From NCBI GenBank assembly GCA_964243035.1, contig CAXTDZ010000003.1, positions 14,436 to 78,435 of the forward strand: a DNA stretch of 64,000 bases, given 5' to 3'. The notes beneath the pieces were generated by a model. That model was not told where the DNA came from, searched no databases, and saw nothing but the letters and a program-made list of their open reading frames with translations. The stretch comes from an uncultured Lichenihabitans sp. GTDB lineage: Bacteria > Pseudomonadota > Alphaproteobacteria > Rhizobiales > Beijerinckiaceae. The position numbers and the translations under genes were made by a program. This document shows positions 10,076 to 21,479 of this stretch, one piece after another; the first letter of the stretch is position 1; every line of letters starts with the position of its first letter.

Positions 10076-10127
10076 GCGGCGCAATCGTCGTCCCGCACGC
10101 GACCCTTCGGCCTCCGGCACCCTGTTC

Positions 10128-12283
<2,156 letters not shown>

Positions 12284-12287
<4 letters not shown>

Positions 12288-13753
12288 CCACCCTCCCCGT
12301 CGCGGTTCCCAACCCCAAGCTGCCCAAGCCCAAGCCGCCCCGCGCGGTGCTGCTGGCGCGCGGCGACTACGAGTTCCTGCCCGCGGCCCTTGAGATCCTG
12401 GAAACGCCGCCCTCGCCGGTGCGCGCCGCCCTGCTGCTCACGGTGTGCGCCTTCGCGACGGCCGCGCTGGTGTGGTCGTGGGTGGGCCACGTCGACGTGA
12501 TCGCCACCGCACCGGGCAAGATCCAGCCCGTGGGCCGCACCAAGACCGTGCAGCCGCTGGAAACCGGCAAGGTCGCCCGGGTCGCGGCCGGGAACGGCCA
12601 GGCCGTGCGGGAGGGCGACGTGCTGATCGTGCTGGACGGGGCCGAGGCGCGCGCCGACGAGGCCGCGGTGGAGGCCGACCTGGAGGCCGGGCGGGCCGAG
12701 ATCGTGCGGCGCAACGCGGCCCTGCGGATGGCGGCCGGCCACGCGTCCGGCCCGCCGCCCACGCTCTCCTTCGCACCCGGCACCGCGCCCTCGGTGGCCG
12801 CGCGCGAGCAGCGCGTGCTGGAGGGCGACGCGGCCCAGCTCGCGGGCACGCTCGGCAGCCTGGACGGGCAACGCCGCGAGAAGGAGGCCGAGCGGGCGCG
12901 GCTCGCGGCCACGATCGCCGCGCAGGAGGTGCTGGTGACCACCCTCCAGGAGCGCGTGACGATGCGCTCGGACCTGATGGCGATGGCGGCGGAGTCGCGC
13001 GCCAAGGTGATCGACGCGCTGGAGCTGATGCAGACCCAGGCCGCGACCCTGGCCGCCGAGAAGGGCCAGCTGGGGGAAGCGGAGGCGAGCCTGGCGCGGA
13101 TCGGCCGCGACACGGACAAGGCCGTGGCGGCCTTCGCGGCCGAGAACGCCCAGAAGCTGGCCGACGCCGAGCACCTGGTCGACGACAACGAGGCCAAGCT
13201 CGCCAAGGCGCAGGCCAAGATCGCCCACCTCACCCTCGAAAGCCCGATCGACGGCGTGGTGCAGGGGTCGGTGGTGACCGCCCCCGGCCAGGTGCTGACC
13301 GCGGGCGAGCAGGTGATGGAGGTCGTGCCCACCGGCGCGGCGCTGGAGATCGAGGGCTACCTGCCCAACGCCGACGCGGGATTCGTGCACCAGGGCCAGA
13401 CCGCCGTGGTCAAGGTCGAGGCGTTCCCCTTCACGGACTACGGCACCGTGGACGCGACCGTGACCGCGGTGGCCCGGGACGCCATTCCGGAGCCCGAGGC
13501 CGAGACCCGCGAGGCCAACCCGGCCGGGGGGCCCCGGCCCACCGGCTTCGGCGCCGCCCAGCACGTGCAGAACCTCGTCTACCCCGTCACCCTCACCCTC
13601 GCCCGGTCAGCCGTGAAGGCCGGCGACGCCACCGTCCCCCTCGGCCCGGGCATGGCCGTGACCGTCGAGATCAAGACCGCGTCGCGGCGCATCATCGACT
13701 TCCTCGTCTCCCCCATCCTCAAGACGACGCAGACCGCGTTCCACGAGCGGTGA
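12284..13753 (+). CDS. HlyD-family type I secretion periplasmic adaptor
   Basis: C-terminal 489 codons of the long ORF 9326..13753. ATG 12284 overlaps the ABC stop as ATGA. Shows EFLPAALEILETPPSP, one TM helix, a long Ala/Glu/Arg coiled coil, and a C-terminal beta domain ending RRIIDFLVSPI. Confidence 0.9.
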
Positions 13754-13777
13754 GGCGTCCGGCCCGGACCGGACGCC
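13754..13777. terminator. GC hairpin between convergent hlyD-like and tal genes
   Basis: GGCGTCCGG (13754-13762) pairs perfectly with CCGGACGCC (13769-13777) across a 6-nt loop. It sits in the 33-bp gap between two convergent stop codons. Confidence 0.45.
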
Positions 13778-13786
13778 CCGGATCAC

Positions 13787-14773
13787 TCAGCTCGCCATCG
13801 CGGTCAGCGGGTTGGCGTCGATCGAGTTGTCCAGCTCCTTGGAGACGAGGTCCCGCAGGGTCCGCAGATCCTTGGTGAACAGGCGGATGCCCTCGGCGAG
13901 CTTCTCCGTCGCCATGGCGTCGTCGTTCAGCATGAGGCGGAACGTCTTCTCGTCCACGTGCATGCGGGCCGGCACGTCCTTGAACGACGCGTCGGGCGAG
14001 AGCTTGCGGGTGAGCTGCCCCTCGTCGGCCGCGAGCTTTTCGAGCCACTGCGGCGCGATGGTGAGCCGGTCGCAGCCCGCGAGCGCCTCGATCTCGTCGA
14101 CGTTGCGGAACGAGGCGCCCATCACCACCGTCTTGATGCCGTGCGCCTTGTAGTAGGCGTAGATGTCGCGAACCGACCGCACGCCGGGGTCGTCCTCGCC
14201 CGAGTAGGTCTTGCCCTCCGCCTTGGCGTAGAAGTCCATGATGCGGCCCACGAAGGGCGAGATCAGGAACACGCCCGCGTCCGCGCAGGCCGAGGCCTGG
14301 GCGAGGGAGAACAGCAGCGTCAGGTTGCAGTCGATGCCCTCGCCCTGCAGCACCTTGGCGGCCTGGATGCCCTCCCAGGTGGAGGCGAGCTTGACCAGCA
14401 CGCGGTCGCGGCCGACCCCGCGGCTCTCGTAGTCGGCCACGATGGCGCGCGCCTTGTCGAGCAGGGCGTCCTTGTCGAAGGACTGGTCGGCGTCAACCTC
14501 CGTCGACACGCGGCCGGACACGATCTTGGTGAGCTCGACGCCGAAGCTCACCGCGAGCCGGTCGCAGATCTGGCTGGTGACGGCCCTGCGGCTCTTGCCC
14601 CACTCGATCCCCTCGCGGATGATCTCGGCGCCGGCCTTGCTCTGCGCGGCCTTCAGCACCAGGCTCGGGTTGGTGGTGCAGTCGGTGGGCTTGAACTTGC
14701 GCACGGCTTCGAAGTCGCCCGTGTCGGCGACCACCGTGGTCATGGCTTTGAGCTGGTCGAGCTTGGAGGTCAT
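13787..14773 (-). CDS. tal: transaldolase
   Basis: ORF trimmed to ATG 14773 (MTSKLDQLKAMTTVVADTGDFE). Carries TTNPSL, VLVKLASTWEGIQA (Schiff-base Lys region) and SPFVGRIMD. Confidence 0.9.
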   Translation of the reverse strand: MTSKLDQLKAMTTVVADTGDFEAVRKFKPTDCTTNPSLVLKAAQSKAGAEIIREGIEWGKSRRAVTSQICDRLAVSFGVELTKIVSGRVSTEVDADQSFDKDALLDKARAIVADYESRGVGRDRVLVKLASTWEGIQAAKVLQGEGIDCNLTLLFSLAQASACADAGVFLISPFVGRIMDFYAKAEGKTYSGEDDPGVRSVRDIYAYYKAHGIKTVVMGASFRNVDEIEALAGCDRLTIAPQWLEKLAADEGQLTRKLSPDASFKDVPARMHVDEKTFRLMLNDDAMATEKLAEGIRLFTKDLRTLRDLVSKELDNSIDANPLTAMAS

Positions 14774-14946
14774 GGGATCCGCTCCTTGACGGGTTGCGGC
14801 ATCGCGCGGGATCGCGGGGTCAGGGCCGCGACTCGGGGAAACCGACACGTTAACTGTCAGGAGCGCGGTTTCGGTTCAAGCCGTCCCGGCCCTCCCGCGC
14901 GCCGCCCCGCCGTCGGGAACGCGCGACGCGGCCCACCCGCGGCCCG

Positions 14947-15489
14947 TCAGGTCCGGCCGCCGAGCCGTTTCGCCCCGGCTTCGTGCTTGGCGTCCACCCC
15001 CCTCCCCGCGAAGCGTTCGATGAACGCCTTGATGGCGGGATCGGCCGTGCTCGCCCGCTCCTGTTCGGCCTCCCGCCCGTCTTCGGCGTTCACGCGCAGG
15101 GCTTCGGTGACGTAGGCCGCGTCGAAGCCCGGCCCCGAGGCCTGGTCGAGCGCGCTGAGCCGTTTTGCGTCGTCGCCGTCCACCTCGGTCGGAAGGAGGA
15201 GGCCCTTGGCCTTACCCAGGTTCAGCAGGGCCGCGTTGTAGGCCTCGTGATCCCCGACCAGCATGCGGGCGTAGGCCTTGACGTCCTCGCGCGTCGCCTT
15301 GGCCGCGGCGAGCTTGGCCGACGCGAGCTCGTAGGCGGCGCCTGACGCTTCCGTGATGAGACAGGCCCGATCGATCGGGGACAGCGCCGTCACGGCGGAC
15401 GCGTGAACCGCACCGCTCAGGACCGCGACGACGGCCATGGCAAGAGGGGTGATCCTGGTCAGAATGGGCTCGGCTCCCCTCCTCGACAC
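14947..15489 (-). CDS. DUF4142 domain-containing secreted protein
   Basis: Signal-like N-terminus LAMAVVAVLSGAVHASA. Repeated EASGAAYELASAKLA...MLVGDH and FDAAYV...DGREAEQE pattern typical of the ferritin-like DUF4142 fold. Confidence 0.65.
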   Translation of the reverse strand: MSRRGAEPILTRITPLAMAVVAVLSGAVHASAVTALSPIDRACLITEASGAAYELASAKLAAAKATREDVKAYARMLVGDHEAYNAALLNLGKAKGLLLPTEVDGDDAKRLSALDQASGPGFDAAYVTEALRVNAEDGREAEQERASTADPAIKAFIERFAGRGVDAKHEAGAKRLGGRT

Positions 15490-15668
15490 CGCACGGTCAG
15501 CAATCGAGCGGGTCGCGGCGGAGTTCCCGAGCCCGCGCGGTCGCAGCCCCGCGCGACCGGAACAGACGTCCGTAAGCTTTGCTTAGCGGTTTGCGGCAAT
15601 AACGAAGGGCAACGATCAATCAACAGACAGGGACGGATGGCGCGTTCGTCGCTTCCGCGGGCTCGGGC

Positions 15669-17219
15669 ATGGACGCCAAACTCACGCGGGGACTGACCGG
15701 CAGTCTTTGGCGTCGCCGCGCCCTGTTCGGGGCCGTGGTGCTGGGCCTCGTGGCCGCGGCCGGCATCTTCGCCTCCGTGATGGTGGGCTCGTACCGGGAC
15801 GTCAGCAGCGAGGTGTCGACCGCCGCGGCCAACCTGGCCTCCGCCGTGTCGCACGACGTCGACCGCAACATCGAGCTGCTCGACCTGTCGCTGCAGGCCG
15901 TCACCGACCAGTGGTCCAACCCCGCGATCCAGGCCATGGACGGGCCGCTCCGCGACGCCGTGCTGTTCGACCACTCCGTGACGGCGCAGGACTACGGCCG
16001 CATCTACGTGATGGACCGCGACGGCAAGGTGATGGCCGACTCGAGCCACGCGATCCCGCTCGGGACGTCCTACTCGGACCGCGACTATTTCCGCGTCCAC
16101 GTCGCCAACACCGAGGTGGGCCTGTTCGTCAGCAAGCCCATCATCAGCCGCGTCACGGGACACTGGTTCATCGCCTTCAGCCGGCGGCTCGGCAGGCCCG
16201 GCGGGGAGTTCCAGGGCGTCGCGGTCGCGAGCATGGACCTGACCTACTTCAACCGGTTGTACAGGGGGTTGAACCTCGGACCCGACGACACGGTGACCCT
16301 GCTCAGGACCGACGGGCGGATCGTCACGCGCGAGCCCTACGTCGAGAGCGACATCCGCCGCAGCGTGGTGGACAACGCAACCTTCAACGCGATCCGGGCA
16401 CCCAGATCCGGATCGCTGGAGGGCCCCTCGCTGGTCGACGGCAAGCCCCGCATCATCTCCTTCCACCGCGTCGGCAACCTGCCGCTCATCCAGGACGTGG
16501 AGGTCTCGGTGGAGGGCGCCTACGCGGCCTGGTGGCGCAAAACCGCGATCGTCGCGGCGATCCTGGGCGCGCTGGGCGTCAGCACCATCGCCCTGCTGCT
16601 CATGCTCAGCGCCGAGCTCGCCCGGCGGGCCGAGGTCGAGGCCGTGCTGGAACGGCTGGTCGCGACCGACCCGCTGACCGGGCTCGCCAACCGCCGCCGC
16701 TTCGAGAACGCCCTCGACATCGAATGGCGGCGCTCGATCCGCGAAGGATTGCCCGTGTCCCTGCTGATGATCGACGCCGATAGCTTCAAAGCCTACAACG
16801 ACACCTACGGCCACCCGGCGGGCGACCAGCTTCTGAAGACGCTCGCGGGCACCATCGCGGGCAGCGTCCGACGGCCGGGAGACCTGGCAGCCCGCTACGG
16901 CGGCGAGGAGTTCGTGGTTCTGCTGCCCAACACCGCCGCGACCGGGGCCGCCAAGGTGGCGGAAGGCGTTCGGGCCGCGGTTGTGTCCCTCGCCCACGCG
17001 CACGAAGGCTCCGCCACGGGAATCGCCACGATCAGCGTCGGGCTGGCGACCGCCGAGCCCATGCTGGGACAGCCCAGCAGCGACATCGTGGCGACCGCCG
17101 ACGCGGCGCTGTACCGGGCCAAGGCGGACGGCCGCAACTGCGTGCGGACGGCCCTCTCGGCCCCGCTCAACCCGACGGCCCGGCGGGACCCGGCCGAGGG
17201 CCAGGCGGCCGCGGCCTGA
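15669..17219 (+). CDS. diguanylate cyclase with periplasmic Cache-like sensor domain
   Basis: N-terminal TM, a ~270-aa periplasmic region, a second TM, then a GGDEF domain: DPLTGLANRRRFE, LLMIDADSFKAYNDTYGHPAGD, RYGGEEFVVLLP. Confidence 0.85.
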   Translation: MDAKLTRGLTGSLWRRRALFGAVVLGLVAAAGIFASVMVGSYRDVSSEVSTAAANLASAVSHDVDRNIELLDLSLQAVTDQWSNPAIQAMDGPLRDAVLFDHSVTAQDYGRIYVMDRDGKVMADSSHAIPLGTSYSDRDYFRVHVANTEVGLFVSKPIISRVTGHWFIAFSRRLGRPGGEFQGVAVASMDLTYFNRLYRGLNLGPDDTVTLLRTDGRIVTREPYVESDIRRSVVDNATFNAIRAPRSGSLEGPSLVDGKPRIISFHRVGNLPLIQDVEVSVEGAYAAWWRKTAIVAAILGALGVSTIALLLMLSAELARRAEVEAVLERLVATDPLTGLANRRRFENALDIEWRRSIREGLPVSLLMIDADSFKAYNDTYGHPAGDQLLKTLAGTIAGSVRRPGDLAARYGGEEFVVLLPNTAATGAAKVAEGVRAAVVSLAHAHEGSATGIATISVGLATAEPMLGQPSSDIVATADAALYRAKADGRNCVRTALSAPLNPTARRDPAEGQAAAA

Positions 17220-17306
17220 CGCCCCCGCGCGGGACCGTCGGGCCGCGTCGTTCCGGGGTCCCGGCGGCCGGCGAGGTCGCGCTGGCTTCGCGGCCGGTTT
17301 TGCGGC

Positions 17307-17774
17307 ATGACACGGCTCACCCGCCCGGAGCAGCCCATGACAACCATCGAAACCTCGATCGATATCGCCGCCAAGCCCGGCGAGGTTTGGGCGGTGCTGA
17401 CCGAGTTCGACCGCTACGGGACGTGGAACCCCTTCATCACCAAGGTATCGGGCGAGCCCAAGCTCGGCGCGACGGTCACGGTCCACGTCGGCTTCGGCCA
17501 GGCCGCGCTGCCCATCAAGGCCGAGATCATCACCTTCAGGCCCGACCAGGAGCTGGTCTGGCGCAGCAAGCTGATCGCCCCCGGCCTGTTCGACCGCGAC
17601 CACACCTTCCGGATCGAGCAGTCCGGGACCGGCTGCACGCTGAAGCAGATCCAGACCTTCATGGGCCCGATGGCGCCGGTCGCGGGCGTGCTCACGTCCG
17701 AAATGGTCCGCCACGGGCTCAAGAACATGAACGAGGCGCTCAAGCGGCGGGTGGAGCGCATCCACAACACCTGA
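17307..17774 (+). CDS. SRPBCC (polyketide cyclase/START-like) family protein
   Basis: IETSIDIAAKPGEVWAVLTEFDRYGTWNPFI is typical of SRPBCC proteins. An alternative start at MTTIETS (17337) is possible. Confidence 0.7.
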   Translation: MTRLTRPEQPMTTIETSIDIAAKPGEVWAVLTEFDRYGTWNPFITKVSGEPKLGATVTVHVGFGQAALPIKAEIITFRPDQELVWRSKLIAPGLFDRDHTFRIEQSGTGCTLKQIQTFMGPMAPVAGVLTSEMVRHGLKNMNEALKRRVERIHNT

Positions 17775-17781
17775 GGGCGCG

Positions 17782-18498
17782 CTACTGGAGGATCTCCCAG
17801 CGGACCGTGACCGCGGTGCCGACCGTGAGCGCGCCCGGCCGGGTCGGCAGGACAAGCGGCGCGGGCGAACGGGCGAGCCGCATGGGCGCGGGCGCCACGG
17901 GCGCGGCGGCCTCGCCGGGCGTGATGGCCAGCACGCGCCCGAGCCGCAGGCCGAGCGCCCCCACGTAGACCTCGGCCTTGTGCCTGGCGTCCTGCGCGGC
18001 CCGGGCGCGCAGGTCGTCCAGGACCGCATCCGCCCGGCTCGACCCGTAGTCGATGCCCTCCAGCGTGTTGGCGCCGCGGTCGACGAGCCGGGAGGCGATC
18101 GCGCCCGCCCTCTCGGCGGGCCGCACCGTGACGATCAGCACCGTGGAGGCCTGGAAGCGGAAGGGCCGGGGCGGCTCGCCGTCGTGCCCGCTCTCGGCCG
18201 GGAGGATGGTGAGCGACACCGATCCTGTCGCGACATCCTTGTCCGCGATGCCCTCGGCCCCGATCCCCTGGACGACCGCCTGGGCAGCCTTGGCGACGTC
18301 GGCGGTGGCCGCGACCGCGGTCGGGCGTTCCAGCGTCACCCCGAGCGTCAGTCGGGCCAGGTCGGGCGGCAGATCGACGGACGCGGAACCCTCGACCGCG
18401 ATCAACGGCGGCGGCGCGTCGTCGGCCCGGGCGGTCGCGCCCGCGCGCAGCAGCGAGACCGCGACGAGGGCGGCGGCGGCGAGCGGGCGGCGGCCCAC
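17782..18498 (-). CDS. SIMPL (DUF541) domain periplasmic protein
   Basis: Signal peptide followed by LIAVEGSASVDLPPDLARLTLGV, a central repeat, and C-terminal VTVRWEI, typical of the SIMPL/BP26 family. Confidence 0.75.
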   Translation of the reverse strand: MGRRPLAAAALVAVSLLRAGATARADDAPPPLIAVEGSASVDLPPDLARLTLGVTLERPTAVAATADVAKAAQAVVQGIGAEGIADKDVATGSVSLTILPAESGHDGEPPRPFRFQASTVLIVTVRPAERAGAIASRLVDRGANTLEGIDYGSSRADAVLDDLRARAAQDARHKAEVYVGALGLRLGRVLAITPGEAAAPVAPAPMRLARSPAPLVLPTRPGALTVGTAVTVRWEILQ

Positions 18499-18510
18499 CC
18501 TTCCCGCCCG

Positions 18511-19545
18511 CTACGCCGCGAGCCGCTTGGGGGCGATCAGCTTGCGGTTGACGAGCGTTTCGGCGATCTGCACCGCGTTCAGGGCCGCGCCCTTGCGCAG
18601 GTTGTCGGACACGCACCAGAACGACAGGCCGTTCTCGACGGTTGGGTCCTCGCGGATGCGCGAGATGTAGGTGGCGTCCTCGCCCGCCGCCTCGTGCGGG
18701 GTCATGTAGCCGCCGGGCTCGCGCTTGTCGATCACCAGGCAGCCGGGCGCCTCGCGCAGGGCGTCGCGCGCCTCGTCCGCGGTGATCGGGTTCTCGAACT
18801 CCACCGTGACGGCTTCGGAGTGGCCGATGAAGACCGGGACGCGCACGCAGGTGGCGATGAGCTTGATCTTGGGGTCGAGGATCTTCTTGGTCTCGACCAC
18901 CATCTTCCACTCCTCCTTGGTCGCCCCGTCCTCCATGAAGACGTCGATCTGCGGGATGACGTTGAAGGCGATGCGCTTGGGGAAGGTCTTGGTCTGCAGG
19001 GGGTCGGACACGAACACCGCGCGCGTCTGGGCGAACAGCTCGTCCATCGCCTCCTTGCCCGCCCCCGACACCGACTGGTAGGTCGAAACCACCACGCGCC
19101 TGATGGTGGCGCGGTCGTGCAGGGGCTTCAGGGCCACCACCAGCTGCGCCGTGGAGCAGTTCGGGTTGGCGACGATGTTCATCTTGCGGAAGCCCGAAAC
19201 GGCGTCGGCGTTCACCTCCGGCACCACGAGCGGCACGTCGGGGTGGGTGCGCCAGGCGGACGAGTTGTCGATCACCACGCAGCCCTGGGCGCCGATGCGC
19301 GGCGACCACGCCTTGGACACCTCGCCGCCCGCCGACATCAGGCAGATGTCGGTGCCCGCGAAGTCGTAGTTTTCGAGCGCCCTGCACTTGAGCACCTTGT
19401 CGCCGAACGACACCTCCGTGCCGAGCGAGCGGTTGGAGGCCAGCGCCACGACCTCGTCGGCCGGGAAGGCCCGCTCGGCCAGAACGTCGAGCATCTCGCG
19501 CCCGACGTTGCCCGTGGCGCCCACGACCGCGATCCTGAATCCCAT
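18511..19545 (-). CDS. asd: aspartate-semialdehyde dehydrogenase
   Basis: MGFRIAVVGATGNVGREM Rossmann N-terminus, active-site region VANPNCSTAQ, and SGAGK. Confidence 0.95.
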   Translation of the reverse strand: MGFRIAVVGATGNVGREMLDVLAERAFPADEVVALASNRSLGTEVSFGDKVLKCRALENYDFAGTDICLMSAGGEVSKAWSPRIGAQGCVVIDNSSAWRTHPDVPLVVPEVNADAVSGFRKMNIVANPNCSTAQLVVALKPLHDRATIRRVVVSTYQSVSGAGKEAMDELFAQTRAVFVSDPLQTKTFPKRIAFNVIPQIDVFMEDGATKEEWKMVVETKKILDPKIKLIATCVRVPVFIGHSEAVTVEFENPITADEARDALREAPGCLVIDKREPGGYMTPHEAAGEDATYISRIREDPTVENGLSFWCVSDNLRKGAALNAVQIAETLVNRKLIAPKRLAA

Positions 19546-19640
19546 TGTCGGCTGCTCCGGTGCACGACGCGCACCCTAGCCGGGGTGCGTGAAGAGACCC
19601 GACACATAGGCGCAATCGCCCGCGCGGGCAACGCGGGCCC

Positions 19641-20921
19641 TCAACGGCCCCGGGCGCGGTCGGCGGCCAGCAGCGCGAGGCCGGAGGCCACCGACTGGAA
19701 CGCGTTGCCCGCGTGCAGCCGGGCGTCCCCGAAGCGGTCCGCGAACAGGCGCCGGACGGCCGGCACGTAGGACGTGCCGCCCGTCAGGAACACGGCGTCG
19801 ACCTCGCCCGCGCCGAGGCCCGCGCGCTCCAAAGCCGCATCGGCCGCCTGCCCGATGCGGGCGAGGTCGTCGGCGATGAAGCGCTCGAAATCGGCGCGCG
19901 TCACCCTGGCCCGCAGCGCCACGCCGCCCCCCTCGAACGCCAGTTCGGCCTCGTCGGCCTCCGACAGGCGCGCCTTCACGGCGCCCACGGCGCGGTAGAG
20001 CTCGAAGCCGAGGTCCATCTCCAGGAAGGTGATCAGGTCCTCGATCCGGTCGGGCCGGTCGCTCGCGGCGCGGAGGTCGCGCAGCTCGGCCATGACCTTG
20101 GGGGTCTTCAGCCAGGACAGCTGGTGCCACTGCGCGAAACCCGCGTGGACGTAGGCCGGAAAGGGCAGGAGCTTGCCGAAGGAGCGGTAGTGCGAGCCTT
20201 TGCCGAGCTTGGGCGAGACGAGGTGGTCGACCAGCCGGTAATCGAACGTGTCGCCCGCGACCCCGACGCCCGCGTGGGCGAGCGCCTCGCCCCGCGGGGA
20301 CCCGCCCGGATCGCGCGTGAAGCGGATCACCGAGAAGTCGCTGGTGCCGCCCCCGAAATCCGCCACCAGCACGGTTTCGTCCCGCCCGAGGCCGCGGGCG
20401 TACCAGTAGGCGGCGCCGAGGGGCTCGTAGGCGAGCTCGATGCCGGGCAGGCCGGCCCCCGCGTAGGCCTCGGTGAGCCGCGCCACGGCCAGCGCCTCGT
20501 CGGGTCGACCGCCCGCGAAGACCACGGGCCGCCCGCCCACGGCGGGCAGCGCGAGAAGGGAGCCCTCGCCCTCGAACAGGTGCGTGAGGAAGGTCGCGAC
20601 CAACGCCTCGATGGTGAAGCGCTGCCCGAACAGCCGCGTGTCCGAGAAGGACGCGGTCGCCAGATAAGTCTTGATGGACTGCACGAAGCGCTGGGTGCCC
20701 TCGGGCGCGAGCGCGCGTTCCAAGGCCCGCGGGCCGCCCACGTGACGCACCACGGCGCGCGGCGCCCGCCCCTCGCTCCAGAAGGCGAGGGCGGTGCGGA
20801 AGACGTCGGTTGGCCCGGTCGCGGAGGGCCAGGTCAGCGAGCGGACTTGGCCGCCTTCATCAGCAACAGCCACGGTAGAATTGGTCGTGCCGAAGTCGAT
20901 GCCGATCGCGATGGGAGTCAT
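19641..20921 (-). CDS. Hsp70-family ATPase (YegD-like putative chaperone)
   Basis: ORF trimmed to ATG 20921 (MTPIAIGIDFGTTNSTVAV). A second phosphate-binding motif DFGGGTSDFSV is present. Has the actin-like ATPase domain only, with no Hsp70 substrate-binding domain. Confidence 0.8.
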   Translation of the reverse strand: MTPIAIGIDFGTTNSTVAVADEGGQVRSLTWPSATGPTDVFRTALAFWSEGRAPRAVVRHVGGPRALERALAPEGTQRFVQSIKTYLATASFSDTRLFGQRFTIEALVATFLTHLFEGEGSLLALPAVGGRPVVFAGGRPDEALAVARLTEAYAGAGLPGIELAYEPLGAAYWYARGLGRDETVLVADFGGGTSDFSVIRFTRDPGGSPRGEALAHAGVGVAGDTFDYRLVDHLVSPKLGKGSHYRSFGKLLPFPAYVHAGFAQWHQLSWLKTPKVMAELRDLRAASDRPDRIEDLITFLEMDLGFELYRAVGAVKARLSEADEAELAFEGGGVALRARVTRADFERFIADDLARIGQAADAALERAGLGAGEVDAVFLTGGTSYVPAVRRLFADRFGDARLHAGNAFQSVASGLALLAADRARGR

Positions 20922-20937
20922 GAAACTCTGCTGGAGT

Positions 20938-21010
20938 TCGTCGTGGCGAGCGCAGCGAAGCAATCCAGACAGCCGCGGGGCTGGGTGACACCGTGGGCAT
21001 CGCGACTGCG
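20938..21010. repeat. degenerate copy of the 'gcgagcgcagcgaagcaatccag' palindromic repeat element
   Basis: Left arm gcgagcgcagcgaagcaatccag (20947-20969) is intact. The expected right arm is eroded (ctgggtgacaccgtgggcatcgcgactgcgct). The copy abuts the stop of the GIY-YIG gene. Confidence 0.55.
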
Positions 21011-21304
21011 CTACGCGTTGAGGGTATGGGAAAGATCGGTCCAGGTCGGATCCGTGACCTCGACGAGGGCCAGCTTCTTCTGCCGCGAGCCACCCTTGAC
21101 CTGCTTCTCACGGGTGATCGCGTCACCCGTGGTTGGGAGATGTTCGCACCAGACGAGCAGCTTGCAGTCGCAGCGGCTTGTGAAGCCGGGCACCGTGCCC
21201 GTCCTATGCTGCTGAACGCGTTCGGCGAGGTTGGACGTGACGCCGGTGTAGAGCGTGCCATCACGTTGATTGGCCATGATGTAGACGCGAGGTCGCTTGG
21301 CCAT
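21011..21304 (-). CDS. GIY-YIG nuclease family protein (small, UPF0213-like)
   Basis: 97 aa with VYIMANQRDGTLYTGVTSNLAERVQQH, which is the GIY...YTG...R core. Confidence 0.85.
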   Translation of the reverse strand: MAKRPRVYIMANQRDGTLYTGVTSNLAERVQQHRTGTVPGFTSRCDCKLLVWCEHLPTTGDAITREKQVKGGSRQKKLALVEVTDPTWTDLSHTLNA

Positions 21305-21324
21305 CCCGCCTGTGTCTCAATCGT

Positions 21325-21390
21325 CATTGCGAGCAAAGCGAAGCAATCCAGAACCGCAGCTGACTGGATTGCTTCGCTGCGCTCGCAATG
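21325..21390. repeat. palindromic repeat element (27-nt arms, 12-nt loop)
   Basis: cattgcgagcaaagcgaagcaatccag (21325-21351) and ctggattgcttcgctgcgctcgcaatg (21364-21390) are reverse complements at 25 of 27 positions. Confidence 0.85.
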
Positions 21391-21400
21391 GCGGTGAACG

Positions 21401-21434
21401 AAAAGGCCCGCGCGGAAGGAGTCCGCGCGGGCCT
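21401..21434 (-). terminator. rho-independent terminator of rpsA
   Basis: GGCCCGCGCGGA (21405-21416) pairs with TCCGCGCGGGCC (21422-21433). On the minus strand the hairpin is followed by TTTT (complement of 21401-21404). It lies 46 nt after the rpsA stop. Confidence 0.6.
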
Positions 21435-21479
21435 AACTCAATCGGGCATCAAGGGCCGCCGCAGCGGCTCCCGCCCTTC

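Noticed and set aside
9990-10127. N-terminal extensions of several track ORFs: 9990-10127 of the ABC gene, 3671-3913 of fdsA, 5248-5883 of fdsB, 9273-10007 of cobQ and 55761-56102 of the 326-aa protein.
   Set aside because: The extensions overlap neighbouring genes or leaders and are compositionally aberrant. Internal starts reproduce the canonical family N-termini, often with start/stop overlaps or SD sequences.
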